Source: Promethearchaeota archaeon (GTDB taxonomy: Archaea; Asgardarchaeota; Lokiarchaeia; Sigyniarchaeales; SOKP01). From it: DNA of 64,000 nt. Each line of letters begins with the position of its first letter. The first letter of the stretch is position 1. The stretch lies in assembly GCA_048937405.1 (NCBI GenBank), contig JBHLNF010000002.1, positions 224,001 to 288,000 of the forward strand, written 5' to 3'. The notes below the pieces were generated by a model, which was given only the letters and a program-made list of their open reading frames with translations, had not been told where the DNA came from and searched no databases. Made by a program: the position numbers and the translations under genes. Of the stretch, positions 10,351 to 20,304 are shown piece after piece.

Positions 10351-13206
10351 CTAATTCTTCACTTCTATATGTGCCTTCACTATTTTATTTTCAATTTTCA
10401 GTTCCTTTACATCTTGTTCAGCTTCTAAATTGTAAATGATACTATCAGCTTGTATCATCTTCTTAATTTTTTCTTTATGTTGTTCCAAAGCTTCTGAAAT
10501 TTCTTTATCAGATATTTCTAAATATAAATCAATTCGATTTCTGGTTGAGAGTTTCAATTTTTTTCTATAATTATTAAAATTTCTAATAAGATTTCTAGCA
10601 ATTCCTTCTAACCTTAGTGATGGTGTAATTTTGGTATCTAGTTCTACTATTAATTCCGAGTCTACTGGCATTTCAAGAGTCACCTTTCTCACATTTATAG
10701 ATTCTGCTATTATACCTAAATATTCTTCTTCAAGATCTACTCCTTTTAAAATAACCTCATTTAAAGCTTGTCTAACTGGAATTTTAGCATTATCTCTTAA
10801 TTCTAAGGACTTTTTGACTATTTCCCGTGCTAATTCCATATCTTTTAGAACTTTTTTATCAATTAATTTACTATCAAATTCAGGCCAAAACTCTAAATGG
10901 ACAGATTCTAAATTTACAATTCCTATTTCTCTTAATTTTTGATATATTAATTCCGAAATGAATGGAGTTAAAGGAGCTATTATCTTTGATAAATTTTTTA
11001 GAATGTACGACAATGTATTCATTGCTGATCTTTTTTCATTTATATTTTCACTCTTAAATCGATTTCTACTGTTCTTAATGTACCATGTAGACAGGTCTTC
11101 TATGAATCTGAAAAATAACCTACTGACTTCAGCTGTATCATAATCATCCAATAGCAGTGTTGTATCCCTTAAAAGACTATTCAGTAAACTTATAATCCAG
11201 CGATCTAAAATATTGTCTGAAGTTGTATTTTTCATAGGTATATTTTGCATGTTAACTAAAGAATAGAATTTTAGAACATTTATCAACAATAAGTTGAATC
11301 TACGGTAGACTTGCTTTACTATCTCTTCTTTAAAATATAAATCTTGCGCCCTCATTAACTGAGATGACAATAGATATATTCTTAACGCATCAGCTCCATA
11401 TTTTTCAATTATCTGGTTTGGATCTGGGAAATTTCTTCTAGATTTTGACATCTTTGATCCATCTTCAGCAAGTATATTGCCATTTATCACAACATTTTTA
11501 AACGGAATCTCATCAAATAATAACACAGCTACCACATGCATATAGTAAAACCATGCTCTAACCTGCCCGATATACTCAGAAACAAAATCGCATGGAAAAT
11601 TATGCTTAAACCATTCCATATTCTCAAAGGGATAATGTTTAGCTGCATATGGCATTGATCCTGATTCCAACCAACAATCGAATACCTCAGGTATACGAGT
11701 CATTTTTTTACCGCAATTTGAACATTGAAGATGAATTTTATCAACTATATGTCTATGTAGATCCAAATCATCAGGAACTTCTTCTATAGCATTCTCCTGC
11801 AATTCTTTAACTGAACCAATGACTTTAATTAGCTTGCACTCTTCACATTCCCAAATGGGCATAGCAGTAGCCCAAAATCGGTTTCTTGAAATACACCAGT
11901 CAGGAGCACTCTTCATAATATTTTGATATCGTCTTGAAATTTCTTTAGGATACCAGTTGATTTTTTCATTAGTTTCCAAAAGTCTTGGTTTTATTTTTTG
12001 AATATCAATAAACCACGCATCAAGAGCGTTATATATTAAGGGTGTATCGCATCTATAACAAAATGGATAGGAATGAGTGTAATCTTCTACATTAAATAAA
12101 AGATTCCGTGTTTCTAAATCCTCCAAAACCTCATTGTCTATTTCTTTAAACCACAAGCCCCTCCATTCTTTCGGACCATCAACAAGATCACCATGTTCAT
12201 CAAGATGTTGAATTATCGGCAAATCATACTTTTTAATCATTTCATAATCAAATTCTCCATATATCGCTAAATGAATAATCCCTGTTCCTTCATCAGATAA
12301 TACATCATCACCGCCATCGAGAATGAAATACCCTTTTTTGTTAGTATTGGTAGAAATGTGATATAAAGGTTCATATTCTTTATTTAATAGAGATTTTCCT
12401 TTAAATTCATCAATGATTCTATAATCTTTTTTGATTAGATCTAATTGATTCTTTATTAGTATCAAAAATTCTTCATTAAGCTTAATTTTTACATAATCCA
12501 GTTCACTATTTACAGCTAAAGCAACATTTCCTATTAAGGTCCAAGGTGTTGTTGTCCATGCTAGCAAAAAAGTGTTTGGTTCACCTTTTAATTTGAATTT
12601 GGCAGTTATAGCTTGTTCAGTAACCTCCTTATAACTATTATCCATTGAAATCTCAGAATTAGAAAGTGGAGTTTCACATCGAGGACAATAGAATAAAACT
12701 TTTTTTCCACGCATTACAAACCCTTCATCGTAGATTTTTTTAAAAATATACCACACAGTTTCCATATAGGAATTATCCATAGTTTTATAAGAATTATCAA
12801 ACTCTATCCATTTTCCCATTCGATCAACTGTTTTTTTCCATTCATTTGTATACCAAAGCACTTTTGATCGACAAAATTCATTGAAATATGATATGCCCAT
12901 TTCGTAGATTTCATTCTTCTGCTTTAAATTGAGTTCTCTTTCACAAATACTTTCTATTGGCAAACCATGGCAATCCCAACCCCACCTTCTTTCACAGAGG
13001 TAACCTTTCATTGTCCAATATCGTGGAAATACATCTTTTGTAACAAAACTCAATATGTGTCCATAATGAGGTAAGCCAGTAGCAAATGGAGGTCCATCAT
13101 AAAAAATATATGGATTATCTTTTGGTCTATGCTCTACACTTTTCTTAAATATTTCATTTTCTTTCCAAAATCGTAGAAGTTCTACTTCTTTTTCATTATA
13201 AATAAT
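10351..13206 (-). CDS. ileS: Isoleucine--tRNA ligase, type 2/eukaryote-like (HYGH); probable ATT start
   Basis: The frame stays open 51 codons upstream of the tracked TTG and contains FYDGPPFATGLPHYGH. The next upstream stop leaves only AAA-ATT-ATT, with SD-like GGAAGGTG 6 nt before. Also GWDCHGLP, WTTTPWT, WCISR, KMSKS. Confidence 0.95.
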   Translation of the reverse strand: MIYNEKEVELLRFWKENEIFKKSVEHRPKDNPYIFYDGPPFATGLPHYGHILSFVTKDVFPRYWTMKGYLCERRWGWDCHGLPIESICERELNLKQKNEIYEMGISYFNEFCRSKVLWYTNEWKKTVDRMGKWIEFDNSYKTMDNSYMETVWYIFKKIYDEGFVMRGKKVLFYCPRCETPLSNSEISMDNSYKEVTEQAITAKFKLKGEPNTFLLAWTTTPWTLIGNVALAVNSELDYVKIKLNEEFLILIKNQLDLIKKDYRIIDEFKGKSLLNKEYEPLYHISTNTNKKGYFILDGGDDVLSDEGTGIIHLAIYGEFDYEMIKKYDLPIIQHLDEHGDLVDGPKEWRGLWFKEIDNEVLEDLETRNLLFNVEDYTHSYPFCYRCDTPLIYNALDAWFIDIQKIKPRLLETNEKINWYPKEISRRYQNIMKSAPDWCISRNRFWATAMPIWECEECKLIKVIGSVKELQENAIEEVPDDLDLHRHIVDKIHLQCSNCGKKMTRIPEVFDCWLESGSMPYAAKHYPFENMEWFKHNFPCDFVSEYIGQVRAWFYYMHVVAVLLFDEIPFKNVVINGNILAEDGSKMSKSRRNFPDPNQIIEKYGADALRIYLLSSQLMRAQDLYFKEEIVKQVYRRFNLLLINVLKFYSLVNMQNIPMKNTTSDNILDRWIISLLNSLLRDTTLLLDDYDTAEVSRLFFRFIEDLSTWYIKNSRNRFKSENINEKRSAMNTLSYILKNLSKIIAPLTPFISELIYQKLREIGIVNLESVHLEFWPEFDSKLIDKKVLKDMELAREIVKKSLELRDNAKIPVRQALNEVILKGVDLEEEYLGIIAESINVRKVTLEMPVDSELIVELDTKITPSLRLEGIARNLIRNFNNYRKKLKLSTRNRIDLYLEISDKEISEALEQHKEKIKKMIQADSIIYNLEAEQDVKELKIENKIVKAHIEVKN

Positions 13207-13267
13207 TTTTTACACCTTCCTTATGAATTTTTTTTATAAGTATCAATTTACATGACTTAAAATTATC

Positions 13268-13470
13268 AAAAAAACATCTAATTTACAAATATTAGAGAAT
13301 CTCATCATTCACATATGATTTATTAGTGAAGCAGGATGTGGAATAAAAATTAGGAAAATTCACTTCACAAATAAATGAAATTAGATAATAATAATCGTGG
13401 ATATGATCATAATCATATTTCTAATGAAACCTAAGAATTTAGTAACTATATTCATAACATCCACATCCAC
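13268..13470 (-). promoter_or_regulatory. Putative attenuator-like ileS leader region
   Basis: Complementary segments GGATGTGGA (13460-13468) with TCCACATCC (13334-13342) or ATATCCAC (13397-13404); GTGAAG (13363-13368) with CTTCAC (13326-13331); U7 tract at 13268-13274. Confidence 0.5.
13381..13455 (-). CDS. Putative Ile-rich leader peptide of ileS (MNIVTKFLGFIRNMIMIISTIIII)
   Basis: Translated by hand: 9 of 24 codons are Ile, including 7 of the last 10. In-frame GTG alternative start at 13470; TATA-like TTTATAATATAAA about 28 nt before the ATG. Confidence 0.7.
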   Translation of the reverse strand: MNIVTKFLGFIRNMIMIISTIIII

Positions 13471-13536
13471 TTTATATTATAAATAAGGTGAAATGCTCTA
13501 AAAAATATTTCGGTATTTTATCAGTTTATTTCATCA

Positions 13537-15525
13537 TTAATCCAAAAATATATAATTATGAGCTATTTTTCTTTTGTCTCTACCTGCTAGAATATGAATT
13601 TGTTTTATTGTTTTCAGTGATTCCTTACTAAAATTATCAATTTGAATATATATTAATTCGCGGTTTTTTATTCCCGCAAGTGAAAAAAAATACTTGCGTG
13701 GAGGATTTGGAGCTATATATGCAATATACCGTTCTTTTGAATAAATAATAGCAGCCTTTAGAAGACGTTCCGCTTTATTTTTAGTATCTCTATATTCATA
13801 GTCCATAAACGAATCGAAAATAGAATGCATAAATATTGCAGGAAAAATAGAAAGTAATCCTCCAACTTCTACGTGAGTGATACCAGGTCCAATTACATAA
13901 TCACCAGGATTCGTTGAATAGAAAGCCATATCACTTTCTCTATCATGTTCTGCCCACCACGTTAATTTATAAGGATATTTTTCAACTTCTCCATCATCAT
14001 TATCAAATATTACTACAATAGTATCAATTTTGCCTTGAATTTGTTGGATATTTTGAACATAAATTTTTTTCTTAAATGCCCAATTTCGAATAGTTTCTTT
14101 AATAGCAATCCCATCCATTAAACTAGATTTGAATTCTTCAATCTTAATTCTCTGATTTTTCAAATTTTTTATACTCTTCTTTCTAATAAACGCAAAGTAA
14201 TCTTCCTCTATAATATCTTCAGGAGGCCAAGAAACTGTGTAGTCTTTTCCCTTTTCCCATTTATCTCTCCATTCTCCTAAGTATTTTTCTTCAGGTCTTT
14301 CTTTTAATGGTACTTCTTTTTCTTTACCATAGGTATAAGGATGATGTCTACGTAATCTTATGTAACGGCCGCTTGGATCATAACCCCCTTCTAAACCCAT
14401 TTTCAATGTTTCATAATTATCACTCTCATCATTATAAGGATATTTAGTAGCTTTTTCCATGACTTTCCACGCATAATCATCATCTACAATATTTTTTGAA
14501 CTGGTTAATAAGTGATATAAATTCGGTAATAATCTTTGATCTGCTAATGAGAGATTCCTTGAATACTGAAATAATGTTTTTAATTTATGAAGGTCTACAA
14601 ATTCCTTGAATTCCTCTTCATATTCGTACTTTGCTTTGATTAAAATAGTCCTAATCTGTTCAATTTTATCATAAGAATTTAAAACACTATAAAGCTCATC
14701 AGGAGTCTCTATGCGTTCCAATGTTTCTTTTGAAAACTCACCTCTAAATTTTAACCATTTATATATATGATATGGCAACTCTCTTAAAATGAATCTGGCA
14801 TCAGAACCTTTTATATTGTAAATTTTTACATACTTATGAGGAACTAACTCCAAATCTACATCTTTGATTTTTTCTGGATTTTCTATATAATATTTAATAT
14901 TTTCCCAATGAGCCATACCGATAATAAGTAAAACCCTATGATATATTGACATTAATTTTAAAAGGTGGGCAGCCATATACTTCTCTCTAAGAATATCTTT
15001 TTCAATGAAATTATATTTTTGATCCACATTTTCTTGATTTTCAAGAAAATCCTCTAAATTTACTTGATCTATTAGCATATCTTTTTCAGTTTTAAACTCG
15101 TTTTGAAAGTATTTCGCTATTTGTTCATAGAATGTAGGAAGTCCAATCTGATTAATAGCATAATCATCTGGTAATTTAATGCTGGGAGGTAAATATTCTG
15201 AAACTGAAAGATCAATGAATTCAATTGGAATATTATGCTCAAGCCCAATTCGGATACTTTCCATAATGGAATCTCCAGGATCTACAGGAATATAATTCAA
15301 TCTTTTTGGATTCAATGTATCCGCATATCCAATTAAGGATAAAAAAGGCAATCGTTCAATCGCTTCTATTACTTCGTCTTGAACGTTATTCGGTAATTCT
15401 ACAGCAATAACGTCAGGAAAAACTTTAAATAATCCTGTACGGACCAATTTCGCAAATTCTATACGAGAATGAAAGGTTGGGATAACATAAATATTCTTAA
15501 ATTTAATATAAGGATGTTCTATCAT
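13537..15525 (-). CDS. Conserved hypothetical protein, N-terminus with TraB/ChaN-like motifs
   Basis: PTFH, PDVIAVELP, REKYMA, VLLIIGMAHW pattern; 662 aa. Confidence 0.5.
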   Translation of the reverse strand: MIEHPYIKFKNIYVIPTFHSRIEFAKLVRTGLFKVFPDVIAVELPNNVQDEVIEAIERLPFLSLIGYADTLNPKRLNYIPVDPGDSIMESIRIGLEHNIPIEFIDLSVSEYLPPSIKLPDDYAINQIGLPTFYEQIAKYFQNEFKTEKDMLIDQVNLEDFLENQENVDQKYNFIEKDILREKYMAAHLLKLMSIYHRVLLIIGMAHWENIKYYIENPEKIKDVDLELVPHKYVKIYNIKGSDARFILRELPYHIYKWLKFRGEFSKETLERIETPDELYSVLNSYDKIEQIRTILIKAKYEYEEEFKEFVDLHKLKTLFQYSRNLSLADQRLLPNLYHLLTSSKNIVDDDYAWKVMEKATKYPYNDESDNYETLKMGLEGGYDPSGRYIRLRRHHPYTYGKEKEVPLKERPEEKYLGEWRDKWEKGKDYTVSWPPEDIIEEDYFAFIRKKSIKNLKNQRIKIEEFKSSLMDGIAIKETIRNWAFKKKIYVQNIQQIQGKIDTIVVIFDNDDGEVEKYPYKLTWWAEHDRESDMAFYSTNPGDYVIGPGITHVEVGGLLSIFPAIFMHSIFDSFMDYEYRDTKNKAERLLKAAIIYSKERYIAYIAPNPPRKYFFSLAGIKNRELIYIQIDNFSKESLKTIKQIHILAGRDKRKIAHNYIFLD

Positions 15526-15688
15526 CTGATTCTTTTCTTATTTTATTTAATCTGAAGAAATATTAAAACAACTGAAAAATTCACAAGTTTCTGAATTAAA
15601 ATAAGTAATTTTTTTTATAAAAATCTGTTTTTGCTTTTTATTATAAGTATAAATATATGTATAAAAAAGGAAAATAGAATAACATTAT

Positions 15689-17983
15689 TCACCATTTTTT
15701 GCCCTTTCCTTCCTTTTCCCAGTCTTCAAACGATTTTATTAATTTGTCAATTTCTTCAATATTTACTTGTTTTTGGAACACAACTTCTTTAGTGCTTTTG
15801 ATGTATTCTGCGGAGATTTCTCTGTTTTTAATCATATCTAGTATTGCTGAGAGGATATATGCTTCTCTCATCCCAGATTTTTCAACAATATCACTTACTT
15901 CTAATCTCTCGGAGTTTTGACTTAAATTAAAAATAAAATCTTTTGTTTTGATTATTCTTGTCGTAATGACATAATCCTTTAAAATTGATAGATTTTTATC
16001 CTTAAGTGTCTTATCCCTTATTTTATCAACATCAGAGAAGGTATCATTAAATAAACTTATGGATTCCTCAAATTTTTTCATTTCTCTTAATTTGAGAGCT
16101 TCTTCAATCTTTTTTTCGATTGTTTCGATATAAATAGAATCTAGGAGATTGAGTATATTCCTTGTAAGTTGTTCATTAATTGATTTATCGGTTATTTTAT
16201 CTACTAATTTTCCAGCAAGACTTAGATTCTCTAATGCTCCTATGAATTCTCCTTCCCTTTTTAATCTCTCTGCTTTTTCTACCAGTTCAGTTATTTGTAG
16301 TTTCATAATTCCACTTCGCATTGAATTTGTCATGTACTTTCTTGTCTTTTCCGTTTTTAAAAGATTTTTTTGATAAGAGTTTATAGATTCTTTTATAATA
16401 GGTTGGATATTCAAAAGATCTCCTTTTTCCGTCATTATTTTAATTTTTTGAGCATTTTTTTTTTTAATTTTCTTTTTAATTTCTCTATAACCTAATACTA
16501 GACCAGTAATAGAAACTGAAACAATTACAATAATAAGTACCCCTCTTAAAAGCCAATTATCAAAAAAGTTCAGTGGGTCTGTTCCAGAATTTACTTCTTC
16601 TCCATCTGTAAAACGATCACCATCAGTATCCGCATCTTTAGGGTTTGTTCCTAATTCTATTTCCATTCCATCGCTTAAACCATCAAAATCGGTATCTGAA
16701 TTATTTGGATTAGTAGAATAGAGATTAATTTCATCTTTATCACTTAACCCATCATTATCAGTATCAACACCATATTTTAATATGAAGGTATCATAACCAC
16801 CCTCTCCATAACTATGAGTTTGACCGGTGATAAATACATTTCCTGAACCATCTACTGCTATTCCCCACCCCCAATCATAATCAGAGCCTCCCCATGTTTT
16901 TTTCCACAACAGATTTCCATTCGAGTCAAATTTTAATAAAAAAGCATCATCCAAACCATATTCATAACCACCAATTTCACCTGTGATAAATATATTTCCC
17001 AAGCCATCTATAGCTATTCCATACCCTTTATCACCATAAGAATCAATCCATGTGTTATTCCAAAATTGATTTCCGTTTGGGTCATAATTTAATAAAATTA
17101 CATCTCCATCACTTGATCCTGTGATAAATATATTTCCCGAGTCATCAACCGCAATTCCATATCCATAATCAGAAGAAGAGCCCCCCCATGTTTCCTTCCA
17201 TAATTGATTTCCGTTTGTGTCATATTTTAATAAGATTATATCTCCATCAGTACCTGCTCTAAAACTGAAAGTAATACCTGTAATAAATATATTTCCCGAG
17301 TCATCAACCGCAATTCCATATCCATAATCAGAAGAAGAACCCCCCCATGTTTCATTCCATAATTGATTTCCGTTTTTGTCATATTTTAATAAGATTATAT
17401 CTCTATCAGTACCTGCTCCATAATTATAGGCATAACCTGTTATAAATACATTTCCTGAACTATCAACCGTAATTCCATTTCCATAATAGTTATCAGAGCC
17501 TCCCCATGTTTTATCCCAGAGTAGATTTCCTGATGAGTCATACTTTAATAAGATTAAATCTCCATTACTTGATCCTGTGATAAGCACATTTCCATTGCTA
17601 TCCAAAGCTATTCCCCTTCCCCCATCATATCCAGGATTCCCCCATGTCTTATACCAAAGTAAATTTCCCTTAGGGTCAAATTTTAATAAAAATACATCCC
17701 AGTCTCCTGCTCCGAAACTAGATGTTCGACCTGTGATAAATATATTTCCCAAGCCATCAACCGCAATTCCATATCCCTCATCATAATTAAAACCTCCCCA
17801 TATGGTATTCCACTCATATCTATTTGTATCACTAATAGATGGTAATTTTATTGTCCTTCTATTAATTTTATCATCCTGATTATCATAATTGAGTTTATAA
17901 TTTTGTTGTAACAAAAAACTAAAACATAAAATTGAAAGAAATAATGCAATCCCAATTTTCTTAGTATTAATCTTTTTATTCAT
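15689..17983 (-). CDS. Membrane protein: N-terminal signal/TM, SBBP beta-propeller, Ca-binding DTDxDG repeats, TM, helical linker, C-terminal PCI-like winged helix
   Basis: Repeated GIAVDxSGNIFITG blades; DTDNDGLSD/DTDFDGLSD; TM LLRGVLIIVIVSVSITGLVLGY; WH-like tail. Confidence 0.8.
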   Translation of the reverse strand: MNKKINTKKIGIALFLSILCFSFLLQQNYKLNYDNQDDKINRRTIKLPSISDTNRYEWNTIWGGFNYDEGYGIAVDGLGNIFITGRTSSFGAGDWDVFLLKFDPKGNLLWYKTWGNPGYDGGRGIALDSNGNVLITGSSNGDLILLKYDSSGNLLWDKTWGGSDNYYGNGITVDSSGNVFITGYAYNYGAGTDRDIILLKYDKNGNQLWNETWGGSSSDYGYGIAVDDSGNIFITGITFSFRAGTDGDIILLKYDTNGNQLWKETWGGSSSDYGYGIAVDDSGNIFITGSSDGDVILLNYDPNGNQFWNNTWIDSYGDKGYGIAIDGLGNIFITGEIGGYEYGLDDAFLLKFDSNGNLLWKKTWGGSDYDWGWGIAVDGSGNVFITGQTHSYGEGGYDTFILKYGVDTDNDGLSDKDEINLYSTNPNNSDTDFDGLSDGMEIELGTNPKDADTDGDRFTDGEEVNSGTDPLNFFDNWLLRGVLIIVIVSVSITGLVLGYREIKKKIKKKNAQKIKIMTEKGDLLNIQPIIKESINSYQKNLLKTEKTRKYMTNSMRSGIMKLQITELVEKAERLKREGEFIGALENLSLAGKLVDKITDKSINEQLTRNILNLLDSIYIETIEKKIEEALKLREMKKFEESISLFNDTFSDVDKIRDKTLKDKNLSILKDYVITTRIIKTKDFIFNLSQNSERLEVSDIVEKSGMREAYILSAILDMIKNREISAEYIKSTKEVVFQKQVNIEEIDKLIKSFEDWEKEGKGKKW

Positions 17984-20247
17984 AATTTTTTACCCTCTCC
18001 TTCTTTTTCCCAATCTTCAAACGACTTCATTAATCTATCAATCTGTTCAACATCTACTTGTCTATTGAATACTACTTCTTTAGTGCTTTTGATGTATTCT
18101 GCGGAAATTTCTCTGTTTTTGATCATATCTAGTATTGCTGAGAGGATAAATCCTTCCCCCATCCCACATTTTTCGACAATTTCACTTACTTCTAATCTCT
18201 CGGAGTTTTGACTTAAATTAAAAATAAAATCTTTTGTTTTAATCATTCTTGTCGTATTGATATAATCTTTTAATATTGAGAAATTTTTATCCATAAGTGT
18301 TGTATCCCTTATCTTATCAGCATCTGATAAAGCATTATTAAACATATTTATGGATTCATCAAAGTCTTTCATTTCTCTTAAATTAAGCGCCTCCTCAATC
18401 TTTTTTTCGACCATCTCAATATAAATTTGATCTAAATTGTTGATTATGTTTTTTGTAAGAAGTTGTTTAAGTGAACTTTCTGTTATTTTATCCACAATAT
18501 ATCCAGCATAATTGATGGTTTCCAATGCTTTAATGATTTCTCCCTCTCTTTTCAAATTGTCAGCTTTTTCAATCAGATCTTTTATTTGTAATTCCATAAA
18601 TACATTTTGTGTTGATTTCGGTATTGATTTATTTGTTTTCTTCATTTTCAAAACAGTTTCTTGGTAAGATTTGATAGATTCCTTTAAATTATTTGGTTTT
18701 TTAAAAGCCTCTCCCTTTTCTGATATTACATTGACTTTCTTACCATGTTTTTCTTTATATCGTTTATACCCTATCATTATGATAGCAATAGAAAATGTAA
18801 TAAGTATTCCTCTAGAAAGCCAATTATCAAAAAAGTTCAATGGATCTGTTCCTGAATTTACTTCTTCTCTGTCAGTAAACCGATCATTATCAGTATCCGC
18901 ATCTAGAGGATTTGTTCCTAATTCTATTTCTTTTCCATCGCTTAGACCATCAAAATCAGTATCTGGATTATTGGGATTAGTAAAATAAATAAATATTTCA
19001 TCATTATCGCTTAATCCATCATTGTCAGTATCAACACCATATTTTATTATGAAAATATCATGATTACTCAAATTTTCGCGAGAAGTAAAATAACCAGTGA
19101 TATATGCATTTCCGATACTATCAACCGCAATTCCTTGTCCATTATTATAAAAAAATCCCTCCCATGTTTTATACCATAGCAAATTTCCATCCGAGTCATA
19201 TTTCGATAAAAATATATCACCTCTTCCTGTTCCATAACTATAAGTATGCCCTGTAATAAAAGCATTTCCTGAATTATCTACTGCAATTCCATTTCCAAAA
19301 TCGCTATCAGAGCCTCCCCATGTTTTATCCCAGAGTAGATTTCCTGATGAGTCATACTTTAATAAGAATACATCATGGCTGCCTACGCCATAACTATAGG
19401 TAGTCCCTATGATAAATACGCTTCCCGAGCTATCTACCACTATTCCTTCTCCAGTATCATCCTCAGATCCCCCCCAAGTTTTATACCACAGCAAATTTCC
19501 ATCCGAGTCATATTTTAATACTAAAACATCATCACCAGCTCCATAACTATCAGTATAACCTGTGATAAATACGTTTCCTAAAGTGTCTATCGCAATTCCA
19601 GATCCTTTACCTTCCCAAATTCCTCCCCATGTGGTATACCATTCCAAATCTCCAGAAGAATTATATTTTAATAACAATATATCAGGTCCACCTGCACCGT
19701 AACTGCTGGTATAACCTGTGATAAATATGTTTCCCGCACCATCTATTGCAATTCCATATCCAATATCACCAGAAGAGCCCCCCCATTTTTTATACCAGAA
19801 AAGATTTCCAAATTGGTTATACTTTAATAAGATAACATCGCCTTGACTATATCCTGTGATAAATAGATTTCCTGAACCATCTATCGCAATTCCATTCCCT
19901 TTATTCCAATCATATACCCCCCATTTGATATTCCACAATAAATTTCCCTCGGAGTTATATTTTAGTAAGGTTACATCGCTACCGTCTAGCCCATAACCCG
20001 CAGAACCTGTAATAAAAGCGTTTCCCACACCATCTACTGCTATTCCATGAGCTCTGTCATCAATGCTTCCATCCCAGGTTTCATTCCATTCAAATCTATT
20101 AGTATTGCTGATAGCTGGTAAAGTTAATATATTATTTCTATCTTTTTTATTCTTTTTTTCAGAATGAAGTGTATTATCTTTTTGTAATAAAAAGCCAAAA
20201 TACAAGATTGATAGAAAAACTATAATGATAATTTTTTTATTTTTCAT
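17980..20247 (-). CDS. Tandem paralogue: SBBP propeller / Ca-binding repeats / TM / PCI-like winged helix
   Basis: Same architecture; C-terminal ~90 aa almost identical to the paralogue; 4-nt stop/start overlap. Confidence 0.8.
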   Translation of the reverse strand: MKNKKIIIIVFLSILYFGFLLQKDNTLHSEKKNKKDRNNILTLPAISNTNRFEWNETWDGSIDDRAHGIAVDGVGNAFITGSAGYGLDGSDVTLLKYNSEGNLLWNIKWGVYDWNKGNGIAIDGSGNLFITGYSQGDVILLKYNQFGNLFWYKKWGGSSGDIGYGIAIDGAGNIFITGYTSSYGAGGPDILLLKYNSSGDLEWYTTWGGIWEGKGSGIAIDTLGNVFITGYTDSYGAGDDVLVLKYDSDGNLLWYKTWGGSEDDTGEGIVVDSSGSVFIIGTTYSYGVGSHDVFLLKYDSSGNLLWDKTWGGSDSDFGNGIAVDNSGNAFITGHTYSYGTGRGDIFLSKYDSDGNLLWYKTWEGFFYNNGQGIAVDSIGNAYITGYFTSRENLSNHDIFIIKYGVDTDNDGLSDNDEIFIYFTNPNNPDTDFDGLSDGKEIELGTNPLDADTDNDRFTDREEVNSGTDPLNFFDNWLSRGILITFSIAIIMIGYKRYKEKHGKKVNVISEKGEAFKKPNNLKESIKSYQETVLKMKKTNKSIPKSTQNVFMELQIKDLIEKADNLKREGEIIKALETINYAGYIVDKITESSLKQLLTKNIINNLDQIYIEMVEKKIEEALNLREMKDFDESINMFNNALSDADKIRDTTLMDKNFSILKDYINTTRMIKTKDFIFNLSQNSERLEVSEIVEKCGMGEGFILSAILDMIKNREISAEYIKSTKEVVFNRQVDVEQIDRLMKSFEDWEKEGEGKKL

Positions 20248-20304
20248 TTTTTAACTCAATGTGATATTTTTCTTTCTTTATTTTTCTCTAAATACATTTT
20301 TGTT

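Noticed and set aside
13207-13536. T-box riboswitch upstream of ileS
   Set aside because: No T-box consensus (GGTGG.ACC) or specifier stem is visible; the leader-peptide model fits better.
16800-20100. CRISPR-like periodic repeats
   Set aside because: The repeats are degenerate, in frame, and encode beta-propeller blades; there are no unique spacers or cas genes.
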